Positions 14,314 to 24,796 of a stretch of 64,000 nt of DNA are shown in pieces. The stretch comes from Leucoraja ocellata. Lineage: Eukaryota. A model generated the notes under the pieces. That model worked only from the letters and a program-made list of their open reading frames with translations, was not told the DNA's origin and ran no database searches. The stretch spans positions 248,001 through 312,000 of the forward strand of contig JAWMAR010000421.1 of the NCBI GenBank assembly GCA_036785375.1. The letters are read 5' to 3'. Numbering within the stretch: position 1 is the first letter of the stretch; each line of letters begins with the position of its first letter. A program made the translations under genes and the position numbers.

Positions 14314-17300
14314 GTAGAGCAGGGACTTCGCTGTCCACCAGCCCCCATCTGGGACTGATGTTTGGCCTCACAACCACCTGCGTGAATTTGAGCCACTACT
14401 CAAACTGAGCACCCCAGCAATTGCCAACCACCCCGTCATTGTGAGCAACGTCAGTGAGTGGATCGGGTTCACAATCTGGCACCACACGATGGAGATCGTG
14501 TGTCACCACTATTGGGGGGGGGCATATCGTTGTACAGCGCAGAAACTGGCCTGTCGGCACAACTCATTCATGCTGACCAGGGTTGCCGGTCTAAGCTTGT
14601 CCTGTTTGCCAGAGTTTGGCCCATATCCCTCTCGATCATTCCTATCCACATATATACCTGTCAAAATAGCTTGTACATTTTATTATTGTACCTGCCCCAA
14701 CTACATCCTCTGACAACTTATTCCAAATAAACATCACCCTTTGTGTGAAAAAAGTCGCCCCTATTAAATCATTCCCCCCTCATCATAAAACGTGACCGTC
14801 TGGTGCTTGATTCCCCTACTCTGGGGGAAAAAGACTGCATTCACCCTATCTATTCCCCTCAGTTTTACACACCCTCTATAAGTTCATCCCTCCCTCTCCT
14901 GTACTCTAAGGAATACATTTCTAGCCTGCCATACCTCGAGTCCTGGCTCTATCCTGTAAATCTTCAAGTACATTGCACTTGGCATCTATCCCATTGTAGG
15001 CTGACCAAATCTTAAAACACATAGTATGTCTTGCCCTCTTTTGTCCCACTGATTTCCTTCTGGAGGAGTATGCTTCTCAACACTCCTCCAGGGGTACACT
15101 TAATCCCAGCTGTGTATATCTGACCTTTGCCTCCCCTTTCTTGATTAGTGCCTCAATTTCTCTCCTCATCCTGGGCTCCTTACAATTACCTGCCTTGCAT
15201 TTCACTCTATCCAGGACATGCATACCCTGGACTCTGGCTATAACATTTTTAAAAGCACCCCACCTTCTGGGCATTCTTTTGCCAGCAAACAATCAACTCC
15301 AATCAACTTGTGTAGGTTCCTGTCTGATACCATCAAAGTTGGCCTTGGCCTAAATTCGAACTTTTCCATTACTATTTTAAAACAAATTGAACTGTGCTCT
15401 GGCACTGGCAGTTCAGTCACATGCCTTGCCTTATTTCGCAAGAACACGTCGTGATGGTGAGGGGGGTGGGTGGAGAAGTGGTGGGGGTGAGATGGGATGG
15501 GGCTGATGATGGGAGGATGGTTAGAGGCGGGTTAGCTCAGGGCTGGTTGGTTTGGGACGTGAGGAGTGTGGGGTACGATTTTGTGACATTTGGGGGAAGG
15601 GGTTAGGTTGGTGGAATTGGGAGAGTGGAAGGAGGTGAGGTCAGGAGGGAGGGAAGTGGGGAGGATAGGCGTGGCCGCACAGGGTTGGACGTGGGGACTG
15701 AGGGTGGTGGTACTGGCGGGACTAGGGGTCGGTACGGTGGGGGGTTAGGATGGTGGAGCGAGAAAGAAGTGAGGACGGTTTGATGGGGGCGATTAGGACA
15801 GGGATGAAGTATCCGAACCGTGAGGGAAAGATGAGGATGGACGGCGATGGTGAGGGGGGGGGGGGGGGGGGGGGTCGACGTGTGAAGGGGAGGGTTCTCA
15901 GAAACCCTGATGATCTCTCCTCACCCCCAGCCCGGTGAAGAAGTGGGAGCAGGAGCTGCCGGACTCTGGCCGAGAGCAACGCGCGGCTGGGCGCGGCGCT
16001 ACAGGACTCGGCCGGCACCGCCGACCACTGGAGAAGCCGACTGGAGCACTGCAAGGAGGAGGGCGAGCGGCTGCGGGAGAAGGTGAGGTCCCGGCCCGGG
16101 GAAGGCGAGGGATTCCTGGTCGGGGAGGGGGCCCGGACATGGTGGGGGGAGGGGGGCGTCAAGATAGCTTGGCTCCTCTGCCCTTCTCCTGGCGGTACTG
16201 CGGTGGCAACATCTGCCCGACGGTCTGGGTATGGGATAGTGTTACCCCCAACCCTGTCAGGGGTGGAGGAAGGGAGAAGGCAGGAGAATGGGGTAAGGAA
16301 GGAGATATTAGCCACGTTTGAATGGGTCGAAAGGCCTAATTCTGATCCTTTCACATGACCTGATGACCCAGTCCCCGCTCACCCTCCCTCCTGCCCCGTC
16401 CACTGATGCGGGGACGCCGCTGGCCGGCTGAGCTCTGACCTGTGATCCCGACACCTCCTCCCGCAGATCGTGGAGCTGGAAGCTCAGAGCGTGGACGTCG
16501 GCAAGGAGAGGGAGCAGAATTCCCGGCTCAGCCAGACTGTGCGGCTGCTGGAGGAGCAGATCAGCGAGAAGGAGCAGGTTGGTACCACCCAGAAAAAAAC
16601 AGGGGGCTAAGCAACCCTTGCGGGTACAGCAGCGATTCACTCGCCCTCCTTCATAGCAAAAGGATTTGAGTATAGGAGCAGGAAGGTTCTACTGCAGTTG
16701 TACAGGGTCTTAGTGAGACCACACCTGGAGTATTGCGTACAGTTTTGGTCTCCTAATCTGAGGAAATACATTCTTGCCATAGAGAGAGTACAGAGAAGGT
16801 TCACCAGACTGATTCCTGGGATGTCAGGACTTTCATATGAAGAAAGACTGGATAGACTCGGTTTGTACTCGCTAGAATTTAGAAGATTGAGGGGGGATCT
16901 TATAGAAACTTACAAAATTCTTAAGGGGTTGGACAGGCTAGATGCAGGAAGATTGTTCCCGATGTTGGGGAAGTCCAGAACAAGGGGTCACAGTTTAAGG
17001 ATAAGGGGGAAATCTTTTAGGACCGAGATGAGGAAAACTTTTTTCACACAGAGAGTGGTGAATCTCTGGAATTCTCTGCCGCAGAAGGTAGTTGAGGCCA
17101 GTTCATGGGCTATATTTAAGAGGGAGTTAGATGTGGCCCTTGTGGCTAAAGGGAGCAGGGGGTATGGAGAGAAGGCAGGGACAGGATACTGAGTTGGATG
17201 ATCAGCCATGATCATATTGAATGGCGGTGCAGGCTCGAAGGGCCGAATGGCCTACTCCTGCACCTATTTTCTATGTTTCCAGCCTAATGCATTGAAATAC

Positions 17301-19153
17301 AGCGGGTATTAGTTTTGTGTGGCATCTGTAGGAGTCTGAACTTCCAGGCCCCGTCATTTTAATTCACCCTCCCACTGCCACTCGAACAATGCCCAACGTT
17401 AGGTGAGAGCAGCGGCTCGGCTGCCTTGGCCTATTTCAGGTTAATGATTCTATAGCTGCTGTTCCCTCCTCCAGTCCCTGCGTTGAGTCCGAGCCCCTTC
17501 CTCATATCCATATGCTCGTTGCCTCCCCCATCCCGCCCACTTAACCTTCCTTCGTTCTGATGAAAGGTCATTGATCTCAAACGTTCTGTTTGTCCCCGTC
17601 CCCCCCCCCCCCCCCCGTCTTTGCTGCCTGCCGGAGAAGTTGAGAAGGAGTTTCTTCCCAGAGGCCATTCGGACTGTAAACCTATCTCACCAGGGACTAA
17701 CTTTACTGAACGTTTTTCCTTCCAATATTTAATATGTAAACGAATATGTGTGTGTTTATAGTTTGTTTGGTTGTTTGTTTGTTTGTCTTTTTGCACAAAG
17801 TCCGTGAGCATTGCCACTTTTCATTTCACTGCACATCTTGTATGTGTATGTGACGAATAAACTTGACTTGACTTGACTTGGGTTCAGTGTTCCTGGTATT
17901 GTTTCGTTTCTGACTTCCAGTCCCGCACTGCCTATTGACACCACCTGGAAAAACCTCTACACCCCACGTGTCCGGCCGACAACTCGGGGCTGGGAGGAGG
18001 AATTTTGTTTTCACCTGCAGGGTGATTGGAGTCTGGATCACACAGCCCGAGGGGGTGATAGAGGCAGGGAGACTCAACGTTGACGTGTATGGTCTGTATG
18101 GAAATAGTGGGCTGAATGGCCTCTTACTTTGCACGAAAATCCCAGTAACCTCTGTTCTTTCCCACAGGAGCTGGAGAGGCTGAGAGCAGAGGTGCAGGTT
18201 ATCCCAGGCCTGCTGGAGCAGTGTGAGGGGTTACAGCACCAGCTGCAGGTAAGCAAGGCCAGGTGTGTGGGAGATGTGAGGTGGATGGCAGAGGTGGTGA
18301 AGTGGGGAATCCAGGGGTCTTGCTCGCCCCAACTCTGCCAGCTTCCGCTCATCTTCTGGTCCCTGCCGCTTGGACTGACCAATCCATCATTTACCCAATC
18401 GTCTGCTGAAACACCCACTTATGTGTTTACTAGTTGGGACAATTTAGTTTTCAGTTTGGAGATACAGCATGGAAATAGGCCCTTTTGCTGTTCTATCACC
18501 TGTTCAGACTTGTTCCATGTTAATCCACTTTCTTATTCACTCCCATGGGACAATTAACCTGTAAAGCCGGCACGCCTTTGGGATGTGGGAGGAAACTAGA
18601 GCATCCGGCTGAACGTGTAAACTCCACACAGACACAGCACCTGAGGTCGGGATTAAACCCGGGTCTCTGGCGCTGTGAGGCAGCAACTCCATAAGCTGCA
18701 CCACCTCCATAAATAAATCCGGGTTACGAACAGTTCTCAGGAACGGAATCCTGTCACCCACTCACGGTCTGCCCAGAATTGGTAGGCTGAAGGACTTGTG
18801 GTGTGTGGTTCTGTGTCTAACTTCCATGCTGTGGAAGCATTGCCTCTACACGTGGTTTAGATACAATGGGAGCAGTTATACACAGCCTGGGTACCACACA
18901 TAATGTGCACCACAGCCCCCTCTCTCTCTCTCTCCATCACTGACATTGTCCTGTGTGTCCACAGAGCGCAGAGAGCACCAACGCAGAGCTGGAGAGCAAG
19001 TCCAAGACGATGAAGTGTAATGTGGAGGAAAGCCATCGGAAGCACGGGAACCTGGTGAAGGAACTCAATACCTTCCTCACGATCCTGGATGGGAAAATTG
19101 ATGAGCTTCACGGATTCCGACAGGGACTTGCTAAATTGGGGATGAACAAGTGA
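34..19153 (+). CDS. HOMER2: Homer scaffold protein 2, spliced CDS join(34-38,7523-7679,13247-13378,13589-13681,14146-14267,15931-16082,16467-16577,18168-18248,18965-19153); 1-nt excess in exon 6
   Basis: EVH1 domain ([16 protein letters not shown]...[17 protein letters not shown]) and C-terminal coiled coil (..[20 protein letters not shown]). All introns GT-AG. Neighbours WHAMM and FSD2 match the HOMER2 locus. Summed length 1042 nt = 3n+1. Confidence 0.92.
540..672. repeat. C-rich tandem repeat (poly-C + atcccgcact)
   Basis: About 5 units separated by C homopolymers. Confidence 0.85.
1139..1358. repeat. C-rich tandem repeat (ccccactcccccacccacc..)
   Basis: Low-complexity C/A/T units that generate spurious Pro/Gly ORFs. 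Confidence 0.85.
2510..2780 (+). mobile_element. CR1 LINE 3' end fragment
   Basis: gggtggtgaatctgtggaat...catgattgaatgg...ggccgaatggcct; same family as 16645-17280. Confidence 0.8.
2793..3058 (+). mobile_element. Penelope-like terminal repeat with hammerhead-like core
   Basis: atgaacattgac start, ctgaagaagggtctcgacccgaaacgtc (2928-2955), ctccagcatttttgtctacc...taaaca end. Confidence 0.75.
2928..2955 (+). ncRNA. Minimal hammerhead-ribozyme-like motif
   Basis: CUGAAGA-a-GGGU(CUCG)ACCC-GAAA-C-GUC; stem I weak. Confidence 0.5.
4531..4658 (+). mobile_element. 128-bp palindromic non-autonomous Penelope-derived insertion
   Basis: ~36-bp hairpin 4531-4619; exact 10-bp direct repeat taatctgaac at 4521-4530 and 4659-4668. 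Confidence 0.75.
5047..6213. repeat. Long inverted repeat (arms 5047-5296 and 5968-6213)
   Basis: ~250-bp arms are reverse complements with scattered mismatches. Confidence 0.9.
7523..7679 (+). CDS. HOMER2: HOMER2 exon 2 (EVH1 N-half)
   Basis: ttccag|C GAG CAG...; [52 protein letters not shown]|gtcagg; 157 nt. Confidence 0.95.
9445..11570 (-). mobile_element. Cluster of degraded CR1 fragments, mostly antisense
   Basis: Minus-strand peptides [23 protein letters not shown] and K.EIRRAKR; CR1 3'UTR motifs (gaaacaggcccttcagccc). Confidence 0.75.
13247..13378 (+). CDS. HOMER2: HOMER2 exon 3 (EVH1 C-half)
   Basis: [44 protein letters not shown]; AG/GT flanks; 132 nt. Confidence 0.95.
13589..13681 (+). 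CDS. HOMER2: HOMER2 exon 4
   Basis: [31 protein letters not shown]; ttacag| and |gtgcct; 93 nt. Confidence 0.93.
14146..14267 (+). CDS. HOMER2: HOMER2 exon 5
   Basis: [22 protein letters not shown]... (Homer SVNGT motif); tttcag| and |gtgagt; 122 nt. Confidence 0.88.
15931..16082 (+). CDS. HOMER2: HOMER2 exon 6 (coiled coil), with +1 frameshift at ~15959
   Basis: PVKKWEQEL in one frame, [41 protein letters not shown] in the +1 frame; ccccag| and |gtgagg. Confidence 0.85.
16467..16577 (+). CDS. HOMER2: HOMER2 exon 7
   Basis: [37 protein letters not shown]; 111 nt; AG/GT. Confidence 0.92.
16645..17280 (+). mobile_element. CR1-clade LINE, young 5'-truncated copy (ORF2 C-terminus + 3'UTR)
   Basis: Uninterrupted ORF 16698-17192: [19 protein letters not shown]...[13 protein letters not shown]...[14 protein letters not shown]; 3'UTR ending ctatgtttc. 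Confidence 0.93.
17635..17880 (+). mobile_element. Rex1/RTE-like LINE 3' end
   Basis: [13 protein letters not shown]-like ORF end, aataaa then (acttg)n microsatellite tail. Confidence 0.6.
18168..18248 (+). CDS. HOMER2: HOMER2 exon 8
   Basis: [27 protein letters not shown]; 81 nt; ccacag| and |gtaagc. Confidence 0.92.
18445..18706 (-). mobile_element. Degenerate HE1-like SINE
   Basis: ctttgggatgtgggaggaaac...aaactccacacagac...gctgtgaggcagcaactc. Confidence 0.75.
18965..19153 (+). CDS. HOMER2: HOMER2 exon 9 (terminal)
   Basis: [12 protein letters not shown]...[22 protein letters not shown]; Homer C-terminal zipper. Confidence 0.93.
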   Translation, partial: SAESTNAELESKSKTMKCNVEESHRKHGNLVKELNTFLTILDGKIDELHGFRQGLAKLGMNK

Positions 19154-21532
19154 TGAGGGGAGACCCTCAGGGTGGGAATCGTGAGAGGGGACCATTCAAA
19201 TTCAGTGGGGGAAGATTCGACACCTGACCCAGATGCTCCACATCTGGCTGCTGCTCTACCTTGACCCGAGGGTCAGCCTCCTGTGAGGGTCAGTCAGGCA
19301 CAAGGGTGTTGCTGGTAACACCTACCCTTGATCTGAGTGGCTCCCTGGACCTTAGATGGGTCTGGAGTTGCTCAGCTGAGACTGGCAATGATGTCCCCCA
19401 CCCCAAGGACATTCGTGACCAGGTTAGGTATCCAGGAGTTTTGTGTCATTGTTACTAAAACCAGCTATTTTGTAAATTCCAGATTATTAAATGATTTAAA
19501 ATTGCACAGCTGCTGTTGTGAGATTTGAACTCTGTCTCTGAATGACTGACTCACAAACTATAATCCTTGAGGTATGGGCACTGATGTGAAACACTGACTG
19601 GTCTGATCCACCCACATTCCCCATTTCCCACAACGTCGGGATAGTTTGCAGTCAATGGCATTGACAGAAGTTCTGTTCTCTGCCTCCCACACACTCTGTG
19701 CCCATCTGCTATTGAACCAAATATTTTAGATTACTGTAATGTTTAGAGCAACTGGAGAAACTCAGAAGGTCAAGTAGCATCTGTGGAGGGAAAATGGGTG
19801 ATGTTTTGGGCTGAGGCCCCTTTCTGGACTGAATCAGTCTGTAGATTTCCCTCCACAGATGACCCATTGAGTTCCTTCAGATGCTTTTTGTCGTTTGTGT
19901 CAGATTCCATTATCTTGTGCCTCTTGTAATGTTCCATCCTGCTTGGTTTAGGAACAAACACCCATCCAACCCAGAGTTTCAGTTCTCCCTGCCCTTCCTC
20001 ATTCAGAACCACACCAGGTCCTGTTTGCTGCCTCTCACTCCAAGCTAACACCTCAGCTCCTTATCTCCAGCCTGCAATCTACCCCCCACAGCCCAGTTGC
20101 AGCCTCTTGATTGCCCTCAACTTTAATTGCTCTATCATCTTTGTTGGCAGCTTGGGGAATTTCAAGCAGTCTCCCCATCTCCGATGATATCTCTGCTGAG
20201 AGGAAGTCCAATCACAACTTTGTTTTTACATCTGATAAAGGGGTGGGTTGGCAGAAACATGAGTTTCTCCGTGAGACCAGTTTGCCTGTGTTAATGCCAG
20301 AGGGGTATCCCTGCTGTCTGCCAGAGGACTTGTCAACGCTAGGTCTTCCTTAATTCTTTCCTCTCTAGCCAAAATGCAGCTCTCTTTATTCCTTCCATGG
20401 AGAGGCACAATAGAAGTAACCTCAATGTCTGACAAATAGTCGTACAACGTGGAAACAGGCCCTTCAGCCCAACTCGTCCACGCCAACCAAGACCCATCAA
20501 AGATCGCCCCATTTACCTGCATTGGACCATAATCTCTCTAAAACCTTTTTATCCTTGTACTTGTCCAACTGCCTTTTACTGTTATTGTACTGCCTCAACC
20601 ACTTCCACATACCCACCATCCTCTGTGTGAAAAAGTTGCTCTTCAGGTTCATGTTAAATCTTTGCCTCTCATCTTAAAGCTATGCCCTCTAGTTCTTGCT
20701 CCTGGGTGAAACCCACACAGTGACAGTGAGAATGTGCACACTCAGCAGAGGTCAGGATTAAACCAGAGGCCCTGGAGCTGGGAGAGAGCATCACCACACG
20801 TGGCACCACAGAGCTGCCCCTGTGATACCAGCTGACCACACAGCTCAGAAATCCCAAACTCTACTTCCAGGCATTTCCTACAAATGGCCCCAGTGCACAT
20901 GAAACATCTGGAAACTTGCAAAGACAGAGTCTAATGATGGAACAGCATTTGATGGGTTGGAATGCAAAGCTCACCATATGCAATGGGTCATTCTGTCCAT
21001 CATATCTGTGCAAGCACTCTCCCATTAGCACACACCCCAGCTCCCCATGGTCTTCCCAACGGCTACCCCAAATATTTATACAGCTCACTTCTGAAATCCC
21101 AATTCAAGCTTCCTTCACTGCTAATCCATGGCATGTTTCCAGCTTAGAACTGTGTGGCAATCTGTTCCTTTATCTCTGCCTCTTTTACATCTCAAAGTTT
21201 TTTGCAATTCAATGACACAAGAACCTTTACTGTTCAAATTCTGCAACAACAGGATGTCACCAGTGCTGCAGACTTTGCGAGTTACACCAATTATTCCATC
21301 ATCTGGCACAGGACCAGTGCGTAAATCACATTCTTTTCCCTTCGGGAAGTGTCAAAAGTTTGTTATACTGGGACATCTCAGTTGCTCACTTTATAAATTT
21401 GCTGAAAGAGCTTAAACACTTTATTAACTGCACTGACAACTGGAGAGACAAAGAATACCTCGTACAGCAGATGGTAAAGACTTCCATGAGTAATTGCTTC
21501 TCCACGGCAGGCAGACCTTTGAAGAGCAAAGG

Positions 21533-21652
21533 AATAAAATGTACAATAAATGCTCACAATACAAAAACATTTCCATTATCAAGAGAGCCTTTGAAACAAG
21601 AGTATGCTCTGTAATCATGCCATGGAGTAATAATATTCATATTAAAAATAAA
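21533..21652 (+). terminator. Candidate HOMER2 polyadenylation signals
   Basis: AATAAA at 21533, 21545 and 21647 plus ATTAAA at 21641, followed by GT-rich ggttgtg. Confidence 0.35.
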
Positions 21653-24491
21653 TGGTTGTGAATTTCAGTCATTGATCTGTGCAAAGCATAATAATTTAAG
21701 AATATATTTGCAGAAGCAGTTCCTGAAAAGACAAACTTCCATAATTAGCTGAGGCAAAAAAACAAAACAAGTTGTGGAGGAATACAGCAGGGCAGCAGCA
21801 TCTGGAAGGATGTGGACAGATGACGTTTTGAGTCAGGACTCTTCTTCAGATTAATGGAGTAGAGAGGAGAAAGCCGAGGGGTAGGGCTGTGGCAAGAACT
21901 AGCAAAGTGGATTCAAGTGAGGAGTTGATTAGCAAATGATGCAGGTGGAGGAGAGATGGGTGAAAATAGTAACTGAGGCTGGAGGTGAGGGAAATCAAAA
22001 ATATGCAAAAGTGGAATCTGATAAGAAAGGATGTGGAGGAAGACAGTACCAGGGGGAGGGAAGGTAGAATTGCTAGAAAAATTGCTGGAGAAACTCAGCG
22101 GGTGCGACAGCATCGATGGAGCGAAGTAAATAGGGAACGTTTCGGGCCGAAACCCTACTTCAGGGGGAGGGAAGAGTGTGTGGAAGGGACCAGGAGGGGG
22201 GGAAGGAAAATAGGGGAAGAATATGGAGTAGGAGGGGTGGGGGGTGGGGAAAATAATTCAGTGATAGCATCAATGAGGGGGAGGGGGGGTTGGGGTAGTG
22301 CGAAGCTTGAACGAGAGTGGGGAGAAACTGGGTATATGAAAGGGCGGAGAGCTACCTGAAATTGGCGAATTCGACGTTCCTGCTGTTGGATTGCAGGCTA
22401 CCAAATGGTATACAAGGTGCTGTTCTTCTAGTTGGTGTGCGACTTCAGTCCGGAGTGGTGGAGGTCGAGGACAGACTAATTAAAATGGTGAGCAACCAGA
22501 GTATCCAGCAGGCTCATCTCTTGACCATCCCTACCCCTTACCTCTCTACACCAGATTTCTGCCCTCTACTCCATCAGTCTGAAAATGGGTCCTGACTGAA
22601 AATGTCATCTGAACATTTCCCTCCACTTTGACTGGTCTGCTACGTTCCTCAGCAAGTTTGTTATTTTGCTCACGATTTTAGCGTCTGCAGTCTCTTATGT
22701 CTCCATTTAGTTAACAGGATTAGCAGTGGTTTATTCACATCAACATTCTGGGAGGAATAATTCTGCAGCAAAGAGTGAAAAGCACAATGCAATATTAGTC
22801 TATTCTCCCTCAGCTATTGTGCAGTTCTCAATCGGATAAATCTTTTTAAATGGCTTTTCAGTTCTTCTTACTAACCACCTTTCTCATGTCCAAACAATAT
22901 TGGCATCCCTATTCAACTATGGAGGGCATTACAACCAAATACACAGCCGTCATCCAACAAGAGACTGGAACGAAAGACGTTAAACAGCAGCACTGAAAAG
23001 GTTGCCTCTGCTTGGGAAGGTTCCCTTTAAACCCCAGAACCACACACTGGTGTCCCGGTCCTCATCAAACCCAGAGCGGGACTGCTCCCATTGCAAGTAC
23101 AACGTCAACAGTTCATCGCTCAAGCATCTTGTGCTGTATTAAATCCAAACAGCCCCTTTCCAGTTTTCAATCAATTATTCTCTTTCCAGACATGCAAGCA
23201 TTCCGTAGAAGCCCAGCTCACAGTGGGCAGCAGAGGCAACTGTTTCCATCAAGTTCACTTTCACCAGCTGAAACACTGCTGTTCTGCCTCCTGGTATCGC
23301 CATTTCTCCTCACTAACTTGCACTAGCCTAATGCCCCAGTACAGATATAAAATCCTCAATCTTGTGTTTAAATCTCACCATAATCACATCCCAGTGCCTT
23401 AGAAAAGTGATGCTGTCACTTAAAGTCACCGCATGCAGCACGTAGGGAATGCTTTACTGGTGTATGTGACCCCTCGCCAACATCAAACCCAACCCTCACC
23501 TTAGGTGAGCTGCATTTAAATTGCCCTTTATCACTATTCCAATAGCCGGAGGGTTGCCCTGGAGCCTCTCACAGAATGCCGTTAGCAGGACCTCGTCATA
23601 AACAACTTGGCGGCTGCATTTCCCACATCACAACTACACACGTTTTCCCCCAAAAAATGTACTGGCTCGGGCTTCAAAGATGAAAAATAGAAGCCTTTGT
23701 TCTTTCCTCATCCTGCCTCCCATGTTTGAAGTGACATTCCTTCTCCAATATTTCTACTACCACGCAACATCAAACGCAGGAGACATACTGTGCCGCCAGC
23801 CTGCATCACCATTTAATACCATTGTGGACATCTCCCTTCACCTGCATTTCCCTACCCTGTCCTCAATCACTGGACCTGAAATCAAAATACATGAAAGGAA
23901 CTGTAAAAATGAACTCTGTTGGCACAGTGATAATACAAGATCTTGGTTCTTAAAATATTCTCTTAAGTGCAATAGGGATAATCAGGCTTCAAATCAAAAC
24001 CAAGGCAGCTCAGCAAGAATTGGGGAAATGGGGAACAAGGAAAACAGCCCGAAGGAAGAGTCTACACAAAAGATTAAAACATGTTTGAAGATGCGCATGT
24101 ACGCAGTATCCACACATCACAAGTGTGTATGTTGTGCTAGTATGCAGCAGGGCGAGATCTGATAATGTAAAGGCACAATTCAAATGACTGAATATTGATT
24201 TTTCTTTATGCCAGAATTGTCTTGACTGCCAGTTGACTGCGATTAAGCACCACGGGTACTTTTGGATGGTCATATTCCAACCTTCACGTGACACTGTGAA
24301 TGTTGTGAGGTTTTGTGGTAGAAGAGCTCACCAATTGGATCCTTCAGCATCAAAACTGGTTGGGTGCGTCATCTGCTACACTTCCATTTCTATTTTGCTA
24401 CAACTGCATTATCCTATCAGCCATTTCAGATGGACTAGATCCAAAGTTGCAGATGAGGTTATTTGCAACAAGTACCAGGCAACAGCCTAGG

Positions 24492-24796
24492 TCAGCTGTC
24501 CCATTCCTCAGCCTGTGCATCTTCGTCGTCATCTTCATCTTCAGATTCCGGAGACACCGTCTTCATCCGTTTCATGGCTGCTTTGATGCTGCGCTCTAAC
24601 TCGGTGGTTGGGTCATTGTTCAAGGGTTGGACAGGGCCTTCTTGGACCTTTCGCAATGGGACACCTCGGCGAATCTCGGCTAACAAATTATCTCGCAAAC
24701 CCACAGGCTTCTCTGCAGACAGCACCTTAGTCCGATCAACCTTCTTAAGCAACACTTCGCCACGCTTTAGTGAAGCCAGCACATCGTCCATGGATC
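24492..24796 (-). CDS. WHAMM: WHAMM exon 10 (WH2-WH2-C-A)
   Basis: GSMDDVLASLKRG..LLAEIRRGVPLRKV..ELERSIKAAMKRMK..EEWDS*. Confidence 0.95.

Noticed and set aside
34-19153. Calling HOMER2 a pseudogene
   Set aside because: Only one lesion; all splice sites and downstream exons are intact, so an assembly error or recent allele is more likely
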